Made by a program: the position numbers and the translations under genes
The notes under the pieces: generated by a model
The model's database searches: none
Seen by the model: the letters and a program-made list of their open reading frames with translations, nothing else
What the model was told of the DNA's origin: nothing
Shown: piece by piece, positions 35,701-46,467 of the stretch
How the letters are laid out: the number at the start of each line of letters is the position of its first letter
Position numbering within the stretch: the first letter of the stretch is position 1
Assembly: GCA_002811645.1 (NCBI GenBank)
Contig: PDIP01000016.1
Coordinates: forward strand, 124,001-188,000
DNA from: Corallochytrium limacisporum Hawaii
Taxonomy: Eukaryota > Protista > Pluriformea
Direction of reading: 5' to 3'
DNA length: 64,000 nucleotides

Positions 35701-37435
35701 GGTCTGCTCCTATCGGCAATGTGGCACTTGCAGGGGCTTCATATTGCTGACTGATACAGATGGCACCAACCAGACGATTTAGAGCGTGTGGCTATGCCAA
35801 TGCTCTGATTCGCGGAGATGGTTTGCTCTGTCGAACGGGGACCAGAGCTTCTAGTGCTAAATCTGAAAATAAGCTTGTGGCCGGACCACACCATCCACAC
35901 AATGCATGCACATCCAATTTGTGGATGCCCGGCAGTGTGCTCCGTGTATGTTGTTTGCTACTGTCCCGACGAGGCCGAGATATTGTGGATGCCTGGTGCA
36001 GTGTTTTTGTCGTCCGGTTCTATGAGCGCGCGAAGCGCAAAAGCCAGACTGCTGTGCCCTAAATTCTCCCACGAAATTAGCACAGCGCCACTACCAAAGA
36101 AACAAGACCTTTTGTTGTCTTTAATCCCCAGGGCAAAAACTAAGGAAAAGATCGGCAAAGAAACCCCACCTTCTGAAAGGCAATTTTAAGTTTTTCCCTT
36201 TTGGTTCACGGGCCCTACTTGGGTAGAAAGTGGCCCCCCCCCCTCCCCCTTTCGCTGGCGTTCGGGAAGTGTTGCACTTGACAGTGTGGATGACTCATAC
36301 ACAGCACACCCCAAAAGACCAGACAGAGGCAAATCAATGGCAACAGAAGGGGGAGCAGCCGCAAGGTCCGCAGTCGGTGCAGGTTCTGTTTTAGTTTGTC
36401 CGGAATCTTTGCAGTGGTCTCAAGATAGAACAGATTGGGAAAAGAAGGATAAACCGAGCGGGTCGGTTGGATGCTGATCGATGCATCAAGCTCCATGGGA
36501 GATGTGGTGCGGGTCGCCTGCTAAGGCAACAGTGTTTTGTACACACTGCTTCGGCAGGGGCGTATGTGTGAAGAAACCAAAACTTGCGGTCCGAACGCAC
36601 ATAGCGAATGTTTTTGGGTGTCCCGGTGCACCATTTGCTGATGGATCCTGTGCAGAGTGTCAGACATTTAGGTGATGTGCATCGTATGGTTTTGGTGTTG
36701 GGTCCTAGCCCTGAAGTGCGACAATGCGACACGGGTATCGTGTTGACTGCCGGTGAGTTGGAGCGATCATGGGATCTGCGGGCTCATTCATGAATCACGG
36801 GTATCTTGTGTGTTCACATACTTGCAAACGGCTGATGAGCAGGGTTTCATTATACATGTTTGAATATTCGCTAGGACAACGACGGTGAGCTACCGACACA
36901 GGAGTATTCGCAGCTCACTCCACTGACTCAGTTCCGATATCGGCCACCGCTAAACTTACACATTCCGGGCCGTATCGCCTGCAGACCTACTACTCCTTGG
37001 GTACGAGGGAAGGCAGGATCCATGCTAAAGAAACCGCTTGTGTGAGATACACCTCCACAAATTCCTGAGGCAGCACTGTTAGAATACTCTGTGCTCGCCG
37101 TTTCCCTGCGTATGTGTCCGTACGCGTAAGTGCGTATACTATGTGTGCTGCGGATGATGGGGGAGGACGGATGTTGCGTAGGATGGTGTTCCCTTCGAAA
37201 CTCGCTGTACTTCCTCTGCTTAAGAGGCAAAGATCTCGGATTTGAATGACGGACACAGATGACAAGACTCAGTTTGCTAATGGCCAATCGTGTCGTGTTG
37301 TTGACCGGGGATGTAGACAAGGACGGCCAAGGTATGCAATGGTTACATCTCCGATATCTTTTGATAGTGCCATATGAGTAGATTATTCCAGTGCGTGAAC
37401 ACAAATAGCTCGCAGCATCACGACATTACTGCATC

Positions 37436-38221
37436 ATGGACGTCTTCAAACATCACGAACCGACCCAGGAACCCTCCCCTGAACCCGCCCCTGGTGATGA
37501 TGACCCAAGCCCTGAGACCTTTGGCAACACAGGTCAGATTTTCCTGTGGGTTGGCTTTGCCGCCATGGCTGTCTCGACCTTCTCCTTTTACTTGATTGCA
37601 CAGCGCGTCAATGTTGAGTTGCGCCGGTTCCACAACCTGACCTTCATGATCACCGGAATCGCTTCCATGGCCTATCTCACCATGGCGTTCGACCTCGGCT
37701 CCGTTATGGTCGGCCACCGAGAATTCCTGTACGCCCGCTATATCGACTGGATGATCACCACCCCTCTGCTGTTGCTTGATCTCTGCCTTTTGGCCGGTGT
37801 TCACTGGAACGAGATCATCTTCCTGATTGGTGCCGATATCCTCATGATTGCTGCTGGTGTTGTTGGAGCTCTGATGGACGGTAATGGCAAATGGGCCTTC
37901 TTCATCTACTCCTGCATCTTCTTTGGCTTCATTGTTGTGTCCCTCTTCTCCGGCATGTCTGCTCAGGCTGAGCGTTACGGTGCCGAGGTCCGCGACAAAT
38001 TCCAACAGCTCTCCATCCTTACCGTTGCTCTGTGGACTGCCTACCCCGTCATCTGGGTTCTCGCTGAGGGCACGCACATCATTCCCGTGGACCTGGAGAT
38101 CCTGCTGTACGCCGTCCTGGATATCATTGCCAAGTGTGGATTCGGGTTCCTCCTGCTGGCGAACGATACAATCATCGAAAAGGTTGAATCGGGCAACAAC
38201 TCCCTGCTCGCCTCTAGCTAA
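37436..38221 (+). CDS. Type-1 (microbial) rhodopsin, bacteriorhodopsin-like DTD proton pump, copy 2
   Basis: RYIDWMITTPLLLLDL, WTAYP, LDIIAKCGFG. About 80% aa identity to copy 1 over roughly 230 aligned residues (manual count, about 45 differences). Confidence 0.95.
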   Translation: MDVFKHHEPTQEPSPEPAPGDDDPSPETFGNTGQIFLWVGFAAMAVSTFSFYLIAQRVNVELRRFHNLTFMITGIASMAYLTMAFDLGSVMVGHREFLYARYIDWMITTPLLLLDLCLLAGVHWNEIIFLIGADILMIAAGVVGALMDGNGKWAFFIYSCIFFGFIVVSLFSGMSAQAERYGAEVRDKFQQLSILTVALWTAYPVIWVLAEGTHIIPVDLEILLYAVLDIIAKCGFGFLLLANDTIIEKVESGNNSLLASS

Positions 38222-38652
38222 ACTGGGTTCGTGATTCCCGTAGACGTCGACCTAACTGCTGAATTCTCTTTGTTCTAGGTATGTACGGACCCTTGCCTTC
38301 GGAGAGGTGATATGGAGCCAAAATGCAACATTTGAGGCACTAGCAAGACCCCGGTTGAAAGGAAGTAGTCAATGGACCGACCACAATTGCGTACCACACG
38401 GAATAGCGTGAATGGAACCAACTTCAACTGTACCATAATGTCCTTCCGACACTTCTTTATTTCCCTTCTGTTTGTTCTATGGATACGCATCGAGGTTTCG
38501 AAAGCAAGAACGTACACATCATCCCCAAAGCATTACCTACACCACAAGAAACAAAGCAAACAAAAAACCAAAACAACCAAAACCAGCCGATTGTCTTTTT
38601 TGCACTTATTTGATATTATCATGCTCTTTGTCATCAAGCCGGCCTTGATGTG

Positions 38653-40332
38653 CTAACTGTCTACCCTTTCCTCCGTCTTGCTGTCAGTACCGTTCCTCAA
38701 CGGGTTCAGTTCCTTCCGGGTATTGGCCATGGTATCTTGGTACCGACTCTTGCCTTTCGACATCAGCGCCTTTTTCTTTTCTTCATATTCCGTCTTTCGC
38801 AGTTTCTTTGGGAAGTTGCGGTTACGACTGTACGCTTCGGCCAGGACGTCTTTAGCGTTGCGTTCAATCCAATTACTGATCCGTGTGCCTTCCGGAGGGC
38901 AGAGCATGGTCATCCGTCCACTCCTCCCAGGACCACGGGCGGTGCGGCCCGTGCGATGGACGTAGGATACTACTGTTTCTGGCGGATGGTACATTACTAC
39001 ATGATCCACGTGTGGCACGTCTATGCCTCGTGCAGCCATGTCTGTAGCAAGTAAGATACTGCATTCACGGCGGGCGAAGCGTCCAAGGTCCCGGAGGCGC
39101 TCCTGCTCGCTTATATTTCCTGCCAGTAGGGCGTGATCAATCTTCAGGCGCCGGAGCCACGCCGATAGTTTGCTTGCCGTCGGTTTGTTCTGAACAAAGA
39201 TGATCATGCTCTGATCCTCGCACTCTTGCAGCAAGTTCTGCAGGAAAGCGTCCTTGTGCTTGGGGTCTATCTTCACGAACTCTTCTTCAATTGTCGGCAC
39301 GACTCGGTGCGCTCCGAAGCTCTCGATGAGAATGGCATCCCGCACGTGACGGCAGATTTGGCTCAGCACCGATAGTGGACCCTCTGATGGCATGGTAGCA
39401 CCAAGGAAGAGATACCGGCGCCGGTTGACCGCAGAACGATGTCCAGATCCAGGCAGAAATCCTGCCACTTCCTTCGTAGCCGCCACAAAGTCCGGGTGGT
39501 AGAGCAGATCTGCCTCATCGACTACAAACAACTCCGTGTCTTGCAGAAGGTCCTCATGAGCGTAAGGAAGGAGTTGAGTCGGTGTCGTGACCAAAACATT
39601 GCTCGTGGCATCGGCGATCAGGCGGTGGCCTGGGTAGCAAACAGCTGGCACCGCTGGCACGGAAAGCCCCTGGCTCAGGAAAGTCAGATTCCGCGCGCAC
39701 TGTTCTACGAGCTCAGTGTTGGGCTGGAGGATGCAGTAGCGATACGATTTGCCCACACTACCGCCAGTGCCTCGGCTATTGTCCGCAAGCGGGTTCTTGC
39801 CGGTCCCAAGTCTCGTAAAGACCGAACTTTGTGTACTCCTGTTCATGGTCGCTGCCTTGCGTTGCAGATCGAGGATAATTGGCAGACAATAGTTCATGGT
39901 CTTGCCCGATCCTGTCTCGCCAACAATGACCAAATGATTGTCTGTATCTTGGAACGCTGCCAAACCACGGGCCTGGACACTGGTCGGTGCCGTAATGCCC
40001 ATAATCTCCAGGTTCTTTAAAAGAGTCGGCTCCATTCCGTCGATCTCGCTAAATCGCTTCAGTTCCTGTAACGGTTTCCCCGTACGGTCTTTGTATGTGT
40101 CCCAGGTGTACTTTGGTCTATAGAATGTGCGGCTCCTGGCCTGCTTTTGGGCCAATTTACGTTTGCGGAGCGAGTCGGTAATGCGCAGTGGTGGAGCCTT
40201 TGCCGGTGTACTGGGCAAGGGCGGTACTCGCCGACTCGACCCTGCCCATCTCCGCGCTACAGTCAATACCGAAACTGTTGAACACGGGGTCAAAATCCCT
40301 GTGTTTACCGGTAAGTTTACGGTACGCAGCAT
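38653..40332 (-). CDS. DDX28: Mitochondrial DEAD-box RNA helicase, DDX28/Mrh4-like
   Basis: GETGSGKT, DEAD, motif III as GAT (a DDX28 trait), ARGID and HRTGRTAR, with a basic presequence-like N-terminus. Confidence 0.75.
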   Translation of the reverse strand: MLRTVNLPVNTGILTPCSTVSVLTVARRWAGSSRRVPPLPSTPAKAPPLRITDSLRKRKLAQKQARSRTFYRPKYTWDTYKDRTGKPLQELKRFSEIDGMEPTLLKNLEIMGITAPTSVQARGLAAFQDTDNHLVIVGETGSGKTMNYCLPIILDLQRKAATMNRSTQSSVFTRLGTGKNPLADNSRGTGGSVGKSYRYCILQPNTELVEQCARNLTFLSQGLSVPAVPAVCYPGHRLIADATSNVLVTTPTQLLPYAHEDLLQDTELFVVDEADLLYHPDFVAATKEVAGFLPGSGHRSAVNRRRYLFLGATMPSEGPLSVLSQICRHVRDAILIESFGAHRVVPTIEEEFVKIDPKHKDAFLQNLLQECEDQSMIIFVQNKPTASKLSAWLRRLKIDHALLAGNISEQERLRDLGRFARRECSILLATDMAARGIDVPHVDHVVMYHPPETVVSYVHRTGRTARGPGRSGRMTMLCPPEGTRISNWIERNAKDVLAEAYSRNRNFPKKLRKTEYEEKKKALMSKGKSRYQDTMANTRKELNPLRNGTDSKTEERVDS

Positions 40333-41878
40333 GCTGAACCAATAATTATACTTAGGATTTACATGCTGTAGATTGCTGCAACGAATTTTAGTATTGTTCG
40401 CTACTCTATCAAATCATGGTTGCTCACCGTGAGCCCTTTTCAACCTTCATAAACTGAAATTGGCATCCCAAGAAGCTTACACATGTATTGGTCATATGTG
40501 GTTATCCTGTTCTTCTACCTCAAGTAGCCAAACCGATATGTTCCACGGGGTCTCACTTTAGCTCGCTCTCGTCGGTGAGACCCACATGCCAGAAATCTGG
40601 CCCTCCACACCGACCCTCTCTCCCCCCCCCCGTGTCCGCCTCGAAACCCACCGGTTCCAGAAATTTGCATCAGTTTCAGGTTAGGGTTCAGCTAGTTGGA
40701 CTGCATTTCCCCCGTCTTTTGGTTGGGTCGGGCGGTCGCCTGGCGGACGGGTTTGGAGTAGAAGGCGACTACCCGTGTCCGTCCCACTCCGTGCCGCCCT
40801 TCTCGTTAGGTGCGATCGGTCGGTTACGGCCCGGTCGCACGTCATAGAAGTGGGCCGGGAGGAAGCACAGCAGACTTCCTCAATTCTCCCTGCTGTGTCA
40901 GAGGAATTTCCCAATGTCTGGCCTCCATCGGACACTCCGTTCGCTGTCAGATGAGACACGGGTAAATTATTCAAAGAAATCCTTTGCGCTAGTTCTTTAA
41001 TCTTTACGCCACCACCATCATGATCCCTTTGCTCCAACTTCTTACACACGCATGTGACCGTGGCAGTGGTCAATGGATTGTTACACAGTCTGTGCAAATC
41101 GTTGTCGCCCTCTCCAAAAGAGTTAGCTTTTTAGCCATCCATACCTCCCTCCGTCCAATCACCATCTCCGACCCACGCACGGAGGTGGGTCCTGAGCATT
41201 GCACCTTTCCCTCGCAAGTAACCCACTGCTGCTGTGGGCTTTCACATTGCCATGCATGGCCATGTTCGGGGACGAATCTGAGCAACAGAAGTGTACTCGT
41301 CTTCCTACATCCGTTCGTTCCCACTGTCTCCTGTGAGCATACGAAAGAGGAGACATGGAGAGACACTGTGCCTGAAGACGACAACAACCGTGGTTGGAGG
41401 AGGGCAGCAGAGGAAAAGGGGAAAAAGAAAAGCCACGGACCCGCCAAGAATTTTTTCGTTGTGCTTTCTGAAATTTCTTTGTCGCGTTGGCTGGGGAGGG
41501 TTCCGTTGGGTGGGATTTACGATCGGGACGTGTGGGGCTGTCGTGTTTATTTGTTTGCAACTTTTCTCTTCGGTCGGAGCTCTACTTTCGAAAGAATCGA
41601 CAGGTAGATTAAATGCAGCACTTCATGCTGAGAAGAGTAGACATGTGATCGTAGCATTTGCGATTCAGCAAGAGCTGGTTGGATTTGTTCGGTTCGACAA
41701 CAAGCAAAAGGCCAACCAACCAAAAAATACGGGGTATTCCTGATGGTAAGATAACACGATTGTTAGCACCTAAAGAATGAAAACCATGTTCTTTTGAACA
41801 AGAACAAGTTCATTACCAATTGTATATTAGATTAGTAGGCCACACGTGAAACCAGAGCAGACACAACACTCGACCACC

Positions 41879-43948
41879 ATGCGGGAAAACGAAATCACTC
41901 TACTTTACCACACCGGATGGGACGGACCTTTCATTCACTTCAATGGACCTCATGGCTGGACCCAGGCGCCAGGTGTGAAAATGGATGAATGCCAGCTCCC
42001 TGGATTTGAGGGCGGATCTTGGAAACGGTATACAATCGAAGCGGGCATGCTCGAGTTTTGCTTCAACGATGGTGGTAGCAATTGGGACAACCCAAGCACT
42101 GGCGGAAACTACCATGTGAACAGCAACGGGATTTACATTGTCGACAATGGTCGGGTTTTCCAGATTGAGAATACATTCGGCAGTTCCCAGCCAAACGGTC
42201 AGCAACTTACTAACAATTCGGCACCCCAAACTCCGGATACTGCAAACAATTCCTACCCGAGTCCCGCGTTGCTATCTCGCGAACCTAGTGAGCCAGGTTC
42301 ACTGCACGAACCGCGGGAGTGGGTTAACGAACGACCGCCAGCCCCAGCAAGGGACAACAGCGTAACTGAGAGCCAGCTAGCCCAGAACATGTCCAGCATG
42401 AACATCCAACCTGCCCACAAGCGCCTCGAACAACTTCCTCACCTACGCAAGGTCCAGCAGCACACAGGAAATGGCAACCATACGGACTTTCTGCTGCCCA
42501 TCGCACCTGAGGCGTCCGATTTCCACACTGTGGCGTATGAAGTCTTCGACGACGAGACTCTGCATTGGGATGGCCAGCACCATGTCTACTTGCCATACAT
42601 GAACAAGGAAGAATGGAAGATCATTGGACAAGCCTTGACTAAGCTGCACAAGGGTGCCACGACGCAGAACCCAGTGCTGATTGAGACGAGCATGCTGAGC
42701 TACCTCGATAAGGAGCACACATGGGATTTTAACGGTCTGATTCACTTCCTGGACGAGATGCTCGATGACCAAGAGAAGTTCTCCTTCTTCCGGGTCACGC
42801 TCAAGAACATGATCGCCTCAGCCCTGAGCATTCAACGCGACTGTCCGAAGCCGATCCCTCTGCTCTGCCGAGGCATGAACCACGCGGTCACCCTGCAACG
42901 GGCGCAAATCGTGTCTCTGCTCGCCAATCAGTTCCTGCTCACCAGCCCCACGTACCAAAAGGGTAACCTTGGTAATTTCCCGTCCCTGAACTGGAGCAGT
43001 CTGTTCGAGGCCACAGCAATGCACTGTCCTCCATACAAGGCAGCCAAGTTGCGGGCCTTGATTCACTACTTTAACAGTGTCACTGCCGCAAACGCAGACC
43101 CGGGAGCCGTGACTTTTATTCGTCGGTGCCTGGACCTGAGCAACAACCCCAATCTCTGGTTGAACTGCGACAGGCCGCTCTGTTCTCTGACCTTGGCGGA
43201 GTCGAAGCTCGAGGATTGCGATCCCGAACATTTACAAGTCGTCTTCAGCCACAAAATGTTCGCGGAAGGTTTCTTCGGAAGGCCTAGTGCGGTCGAAGAG
43301 GCAGCACACTTTGTCTGTCCCGAACTACTGGTCGGTCGATGCTTCATCGAAAGTCTTGCAGAGAACGAAGCCATCGTCGTGATTGGTGCCCAACGATTCA
43401 ACCACCTTAAGGGCCATCTCACCGATCTGACTTACAACGGACCCGCAGAAGACAAGCGCCGGGTGGATCGCTACAATCGCCGTCAGCGGGTGACAGTCTT
43501 CATGGACACCAAGAGCGTCAACGTCTACAAGCAGCAAATGAAGCGCAGTGCCGTGCTGCGAGATCTGAACAAGACCCTGACCGCGTTCATGCCGCTGCCG
43601 CTGCGTATGCTGGGCTCTGCGGATGTGGAGTACCTGTTGGAGGTGAGTCGGGACGATCCGACACTGCTGTGCGATATCGCCACGGGTAACTGGGGTTCTG
43701 GCGGGTCCCGTGCGGATAGGGAGATCAAGGCCATCATCCAGATCATTGCCGCAAGTTTTGTAGGTCGAAACATAGTGTATCACTATCACAATGATCTTCA
43801 ATTTGGGCACAAGATTGAGAGCACGGTGGCCTTTCTGCGCGAGAAACAGGTCACGGTCAGTCAACTGTACAAGGCGCTGGTGAACCTGTGCGAGCACGTC
43901 CCAGCTAAGGGTACGTTCCTAAAGCGTCTGGAGGCCTCCTTCCACTGA
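41879..43948 (+). CDS. CBM25-like starch-binding domain fused to a divergent poly(ADP-ribose) glycohydrolase (PARG) domain
   Basis: ATG at 41879 in accaccATG context. N-terminal YHTGW...IHF..GWTQAPGVKM...LEFCFNDGGSNWDN..GGNY is CBM25-like. C-terminal WDGQHHVYLP, SLLANQFL, KLRALIHYF, PELL, ENEAIVVIGAQRF, RDLNK and IATGNWG...KAIIQIIAAS are PARG-like. Confidence 0.8.
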   Translation: MRENEITLLYHTGWDGPFIHFNGPHGWTQAPGVKMDECQLPGFEGGSWKRYTIEAGMLEFCFNDGGSNWDNPSTGGNYHVNSNGIYIVDNGRVFQIENTFGSSQPNGQQLTNNSAPQTPDTANNSYPSPALLSREPSEPGSLHEPREWVNERPPAPARDNSVTESQLAQNMSSMNIQPAHKRLEQLPHLRKVQQHTGNGNHTDFLLPIAPEASDFHTVAYEVFDDETLHWDGQHHVYLPYMNKEEWKIIGQALTKLHKGATTQNPVLIETSMLSYLDKEHTWDFNGLIHFLDEMLDDQEKFSFFRVTLKNMIASALSIQRDCPKPIPLLCRGMNHAVTLQRAQIVSLLANQFLLTSPTYQKGNLGNFPSLNWSSLFEATAMHCPPYKAAKLRALIHYFNSVTAANADPGAVTFIRRCLDLSNNPNLWLNCDRPLCSLTLAESKLEDCDPEHLQVVFSHKMFAEGFFGRPSAVEEAAHFVCPELLVGRCFIESLAENEAIVVIGAQRFNHLKGHLTDLTYNGPAEDKRRVDRYNRRQRVTVFMDTKSVNVYKQQMKRSAVLRDLNKTLTAFMPLPLRMLGSADVEYLLEVSRDDPTLLCDIATGNWGSGGSRADREIKAIIQIIAASFVGRNIVYHYHNDLQFGHKIESTVAFLREKQVTVSQLYKALVNLCEHVPAKGTFLKRLEASFH

Positions 43949-44079
43949 TGGGAACTGCATTTCAACTTTTCTCTGTTCTTTTTCCTTTTGTTTCGTCTTT
44001 GGTAGGTATTTTAATGCTATAGAACTGTTTATTACACTAAGTTATACACTTCGAAGTCCTAGCATGTCAGTGTCTAACA

Positions 44080-45849
44080 TCATGCTGGTGTACCATCCAG
44101 CCATCCTAGGAAGGCCTCGATACGATGTGCAACCCGCCCTGGTCCAAGCACGGCAACGAGGTCAGGAACGCCTGGACCTTTGCGCGAGCCCGAAACTGCG
44201 AGGCGCAGAGATTGCATTGCTGGGCCCTTCTTGTTTCGCAATAGCTTGAGCGCCGGGGTGATGAGCTGGTTGTGTACTACTGAGGCGTCCACAGTACAGT
44301 CGTTCACTGGCATCGCCCGCAGAGTGGCCACGTGCTGCTCCAAAACCGACCGCAAGATCGCATCGCCCCCTTCGATCTTAGAGCAGAGCTCATTCCACCA
44401 TTTACGACAGTCGTCTTTCGGATGGGGAAATATCATGGATGACTCTGAGTGACTGTTCTTGGTACCATCGTCGTAATCGTACATCCACAGGGGCCCGGTC
44501 CACAGGAACGGTGCGAATACAACCGCTTCCTGGGGCCGATGGATACGTTCCTTGACAATGTCAAGGCAGCGCAGGGTGTAGGTCTCTTTTCTGCTGTCTT
44601 CATCGACATCCGCCAGCATTCCAGGTGGTAGTTGCGATTCCACTCCGTTTCGGACCATAGTGGCCAACTCAGAAGCTTGTGATCGGAGCATTAGACTCTC
44701 CTCGCTGGAGACAGCGTTGGAAGAGGCCATGATCCGGGTGCACAATTTGATCATGTGCACCCGGTTCAAGAAATCTAGCTTGTATCTGGCAAAAGTAGCA
44801 GGATGCTTGGTTACTGCTCTAATATCGAACTTCGCTTCCATTTCTACCATGCTCATGACATCAACATGCTGCAGGTCATCGTCGCCCGGCGGTTGTTCGT
44901 GGTCAATGATACGATCGTTCCGTTCCATATCCGCCTGTGAATAGTGTCGCCATCCTAGCATTGCAACAAAGTTGGTCAATGCTTCTGGAAGGTAGCCCTC
45001 CTGGTCCAAGTAAGTGCTTACGAAGACATTATCGTGTCGCTTGCTGAGCTTTCGTCCGTCTTCGCGTTGAATAAGAGGTAGATGTGCAAACTGTGGGATT
45101 ACCGCATGCTTCATTGAGGAGTAGCCCTTCAGCTCACAAAGCCGTTCGTGCAGAAGCTGGTGCTTTGCCACGGAAGGCAACCACTCATCACCGCGCAAGA
45201 CGTGGCTAATTTCCATCGACTGGTCATCCACTACATTGGCCAAGTGATAGGTTGGCCACCCATCGGCCTTCACGAGGATGTGATCGTCCAGGCTTTTGTG
45301 TTTGAAACCGATCTTTCCGTGAACCAGATCTTCCACTGTTGTCTCATCGTTGTCCGTCGGGCACTTGAAGCGGATGACGTGTTCCTCACCGTCCGCTATC
45401 CGTGCTCGTGCCTCCCTTGGGTCAATGTCTCTGCACGCACGATCGTACGCCAGGGATCCGTGGCCTGCACTCCGTGCGCTCTCCCGCATGTCTTCCAGGC
45501 GTTGTTTGCTGCAGAAGCATGGGTAGGCCATTGATTCCTTGACCAAAGCATCCGACCAGGTTTTGTACATGCCCTCAGCCTGCCGGTCGCTTTGCCGGTA
45601 CGGACCAAACGGACCGCCACCAATGACATCTCCTGGTCCCTCATCAAAAGTGATGCCGCACCGCTTCAAGTCCGAGAGCAAGCGGGTCTCCGATCCTGGA
45701 ACCAGGCGGTTCTGATCCGTGTCCTCAATGCGGAGGAGAACCTTCCCTCCGTGCCGTTTGGCGAAGAGATAATTGTACAGTGCTGTTCTAAGACCACCCA
45801 AGTGTAGGTCGCCTGTAGGAGAAGGCGCGAAGCGCACACGTACTGCCAT
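44080..45849 (-). CDS. EARS2: Glutamyl-tRNA synthetase, bacterial/mitochondrial type
   Basis: VRVRFAPSPTG, HLGG (HIGH motif), RIEDTDQ, PTYHLANVVDD, SHVLRGDEW, KLSKR (KMSKS motif). Confidence 0.92.
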   Translation of the reverse strand: MAVRVRFAPSPTGDLHLGGLRTALYNYLFAKRHGGKVLLRIEDTDQNRLVPGSETRLLSDLKRCGITFDEGPGDVIGGGPFGPYRQSDRQAEGMYKTWSDALVKESMAYPCFCSKQRLEDMRESARSAGHGSLAYDRACRDIDPREARARIADGEEHVIRFKCPTDNDETTVEDLVHGKIGFKHKSLDDHILVKADGWPTYHLANVVDDQSMEISHVLRGDEWLPSVAKHQLLHERLCELKGYSSMKHAVIPQFAHLPLIQREDGRKLSKRHDNVFVSTYLDQEGYLPEALTNFVAMLGWRHYSQADMERNDRIIDHEQPPGDDDLQHVDVMSMVEMEAKFDIRAVTKHPATFARYKLDFLNRVHMIKLCTRIMASSNAVSSEESLMLRSQASELATMVRNGVESQLPPGMLADVDEDSRKETYTLRCLDIVKERIHRPQEAVVFAPFLWTGPLWMYDYDDGTKNSHSESSMIFPHPKDDCRKWWNELCSKIEGGDAILRSVLEQHVATLRAMPVNDCTVDASVVHNQLITPALKLLRNKKGPAMQSLRLAVSGSRKGPGVPDLVAVLGPGRVAHRIEAFLGWLDGTPA

Positions 45850-46226
45850 TGTGCGCCTAAGAATATCTGTGTATCAAAACACCATGCGGTCAGGCTCTCA
45901 TGATCTCTATTCCATAGTTGCCTCAAATGATCATACAGCCATCAGACACTGTGGATATCTCACCATCTTTCTAATTCGTGCCCTTGTTTGCCTTTAACCA
46001 TGGTACAGTCATGGACTACAACATCGAAATACCACTGCCACTCTGACGATAGCGTACTTCCCAGTCCTTCCCGCACACAGAGCCAGCGCTGGTCGGGTCG
46101 CGTGAGACTATTGATCCGAGGGTGGTGGTGACCCACTGCCCCCCTTTGCCCAGCTGGCCGGAGTGGGGGGGGGAGGTGGGGGGAGAGAGAGCGAGAGAGT
46201 TCCCCCGGGTGGGGGGTGGGGGAGGA

Positions 46227-46467
46227 NNNNNNNNNNNNNNNNNNNNNNNNNNNNNNNNNNNNNNNNNNNNNNNNNNNNNNNNNNNNNNNNNNNNNNNNNN
46301 NNNNNNNNNNNNNNNNNNNNNNNNNNNNNNNNNNNNNNNNNNNNNNNNNNNNNNNNNNNNNNNNNNNNNNNNNNNNNNNNNNNNNNNNNNNNNNNNNNNN
46401 NNNNNNNNNNNNNNNNNNNNNNNNNNNNNNNNNNNNNNNNNNNNNNNNNNNNNNNNNNNNNNNNNNN
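46227..46467. other. Assembly gap flanked by G-tracts
   Basis: Direct observation. Confidence 0.99.

Noticed and set aside
37418-38077. 219-aa antisense ORF over rhodopsin 2, and similar long antisense ORFs over ERCC6L2, PKC, GT8 and ATP7
   Set aside because: These are shadows of biased codon usage in the real genes and have no recognisable motifs.
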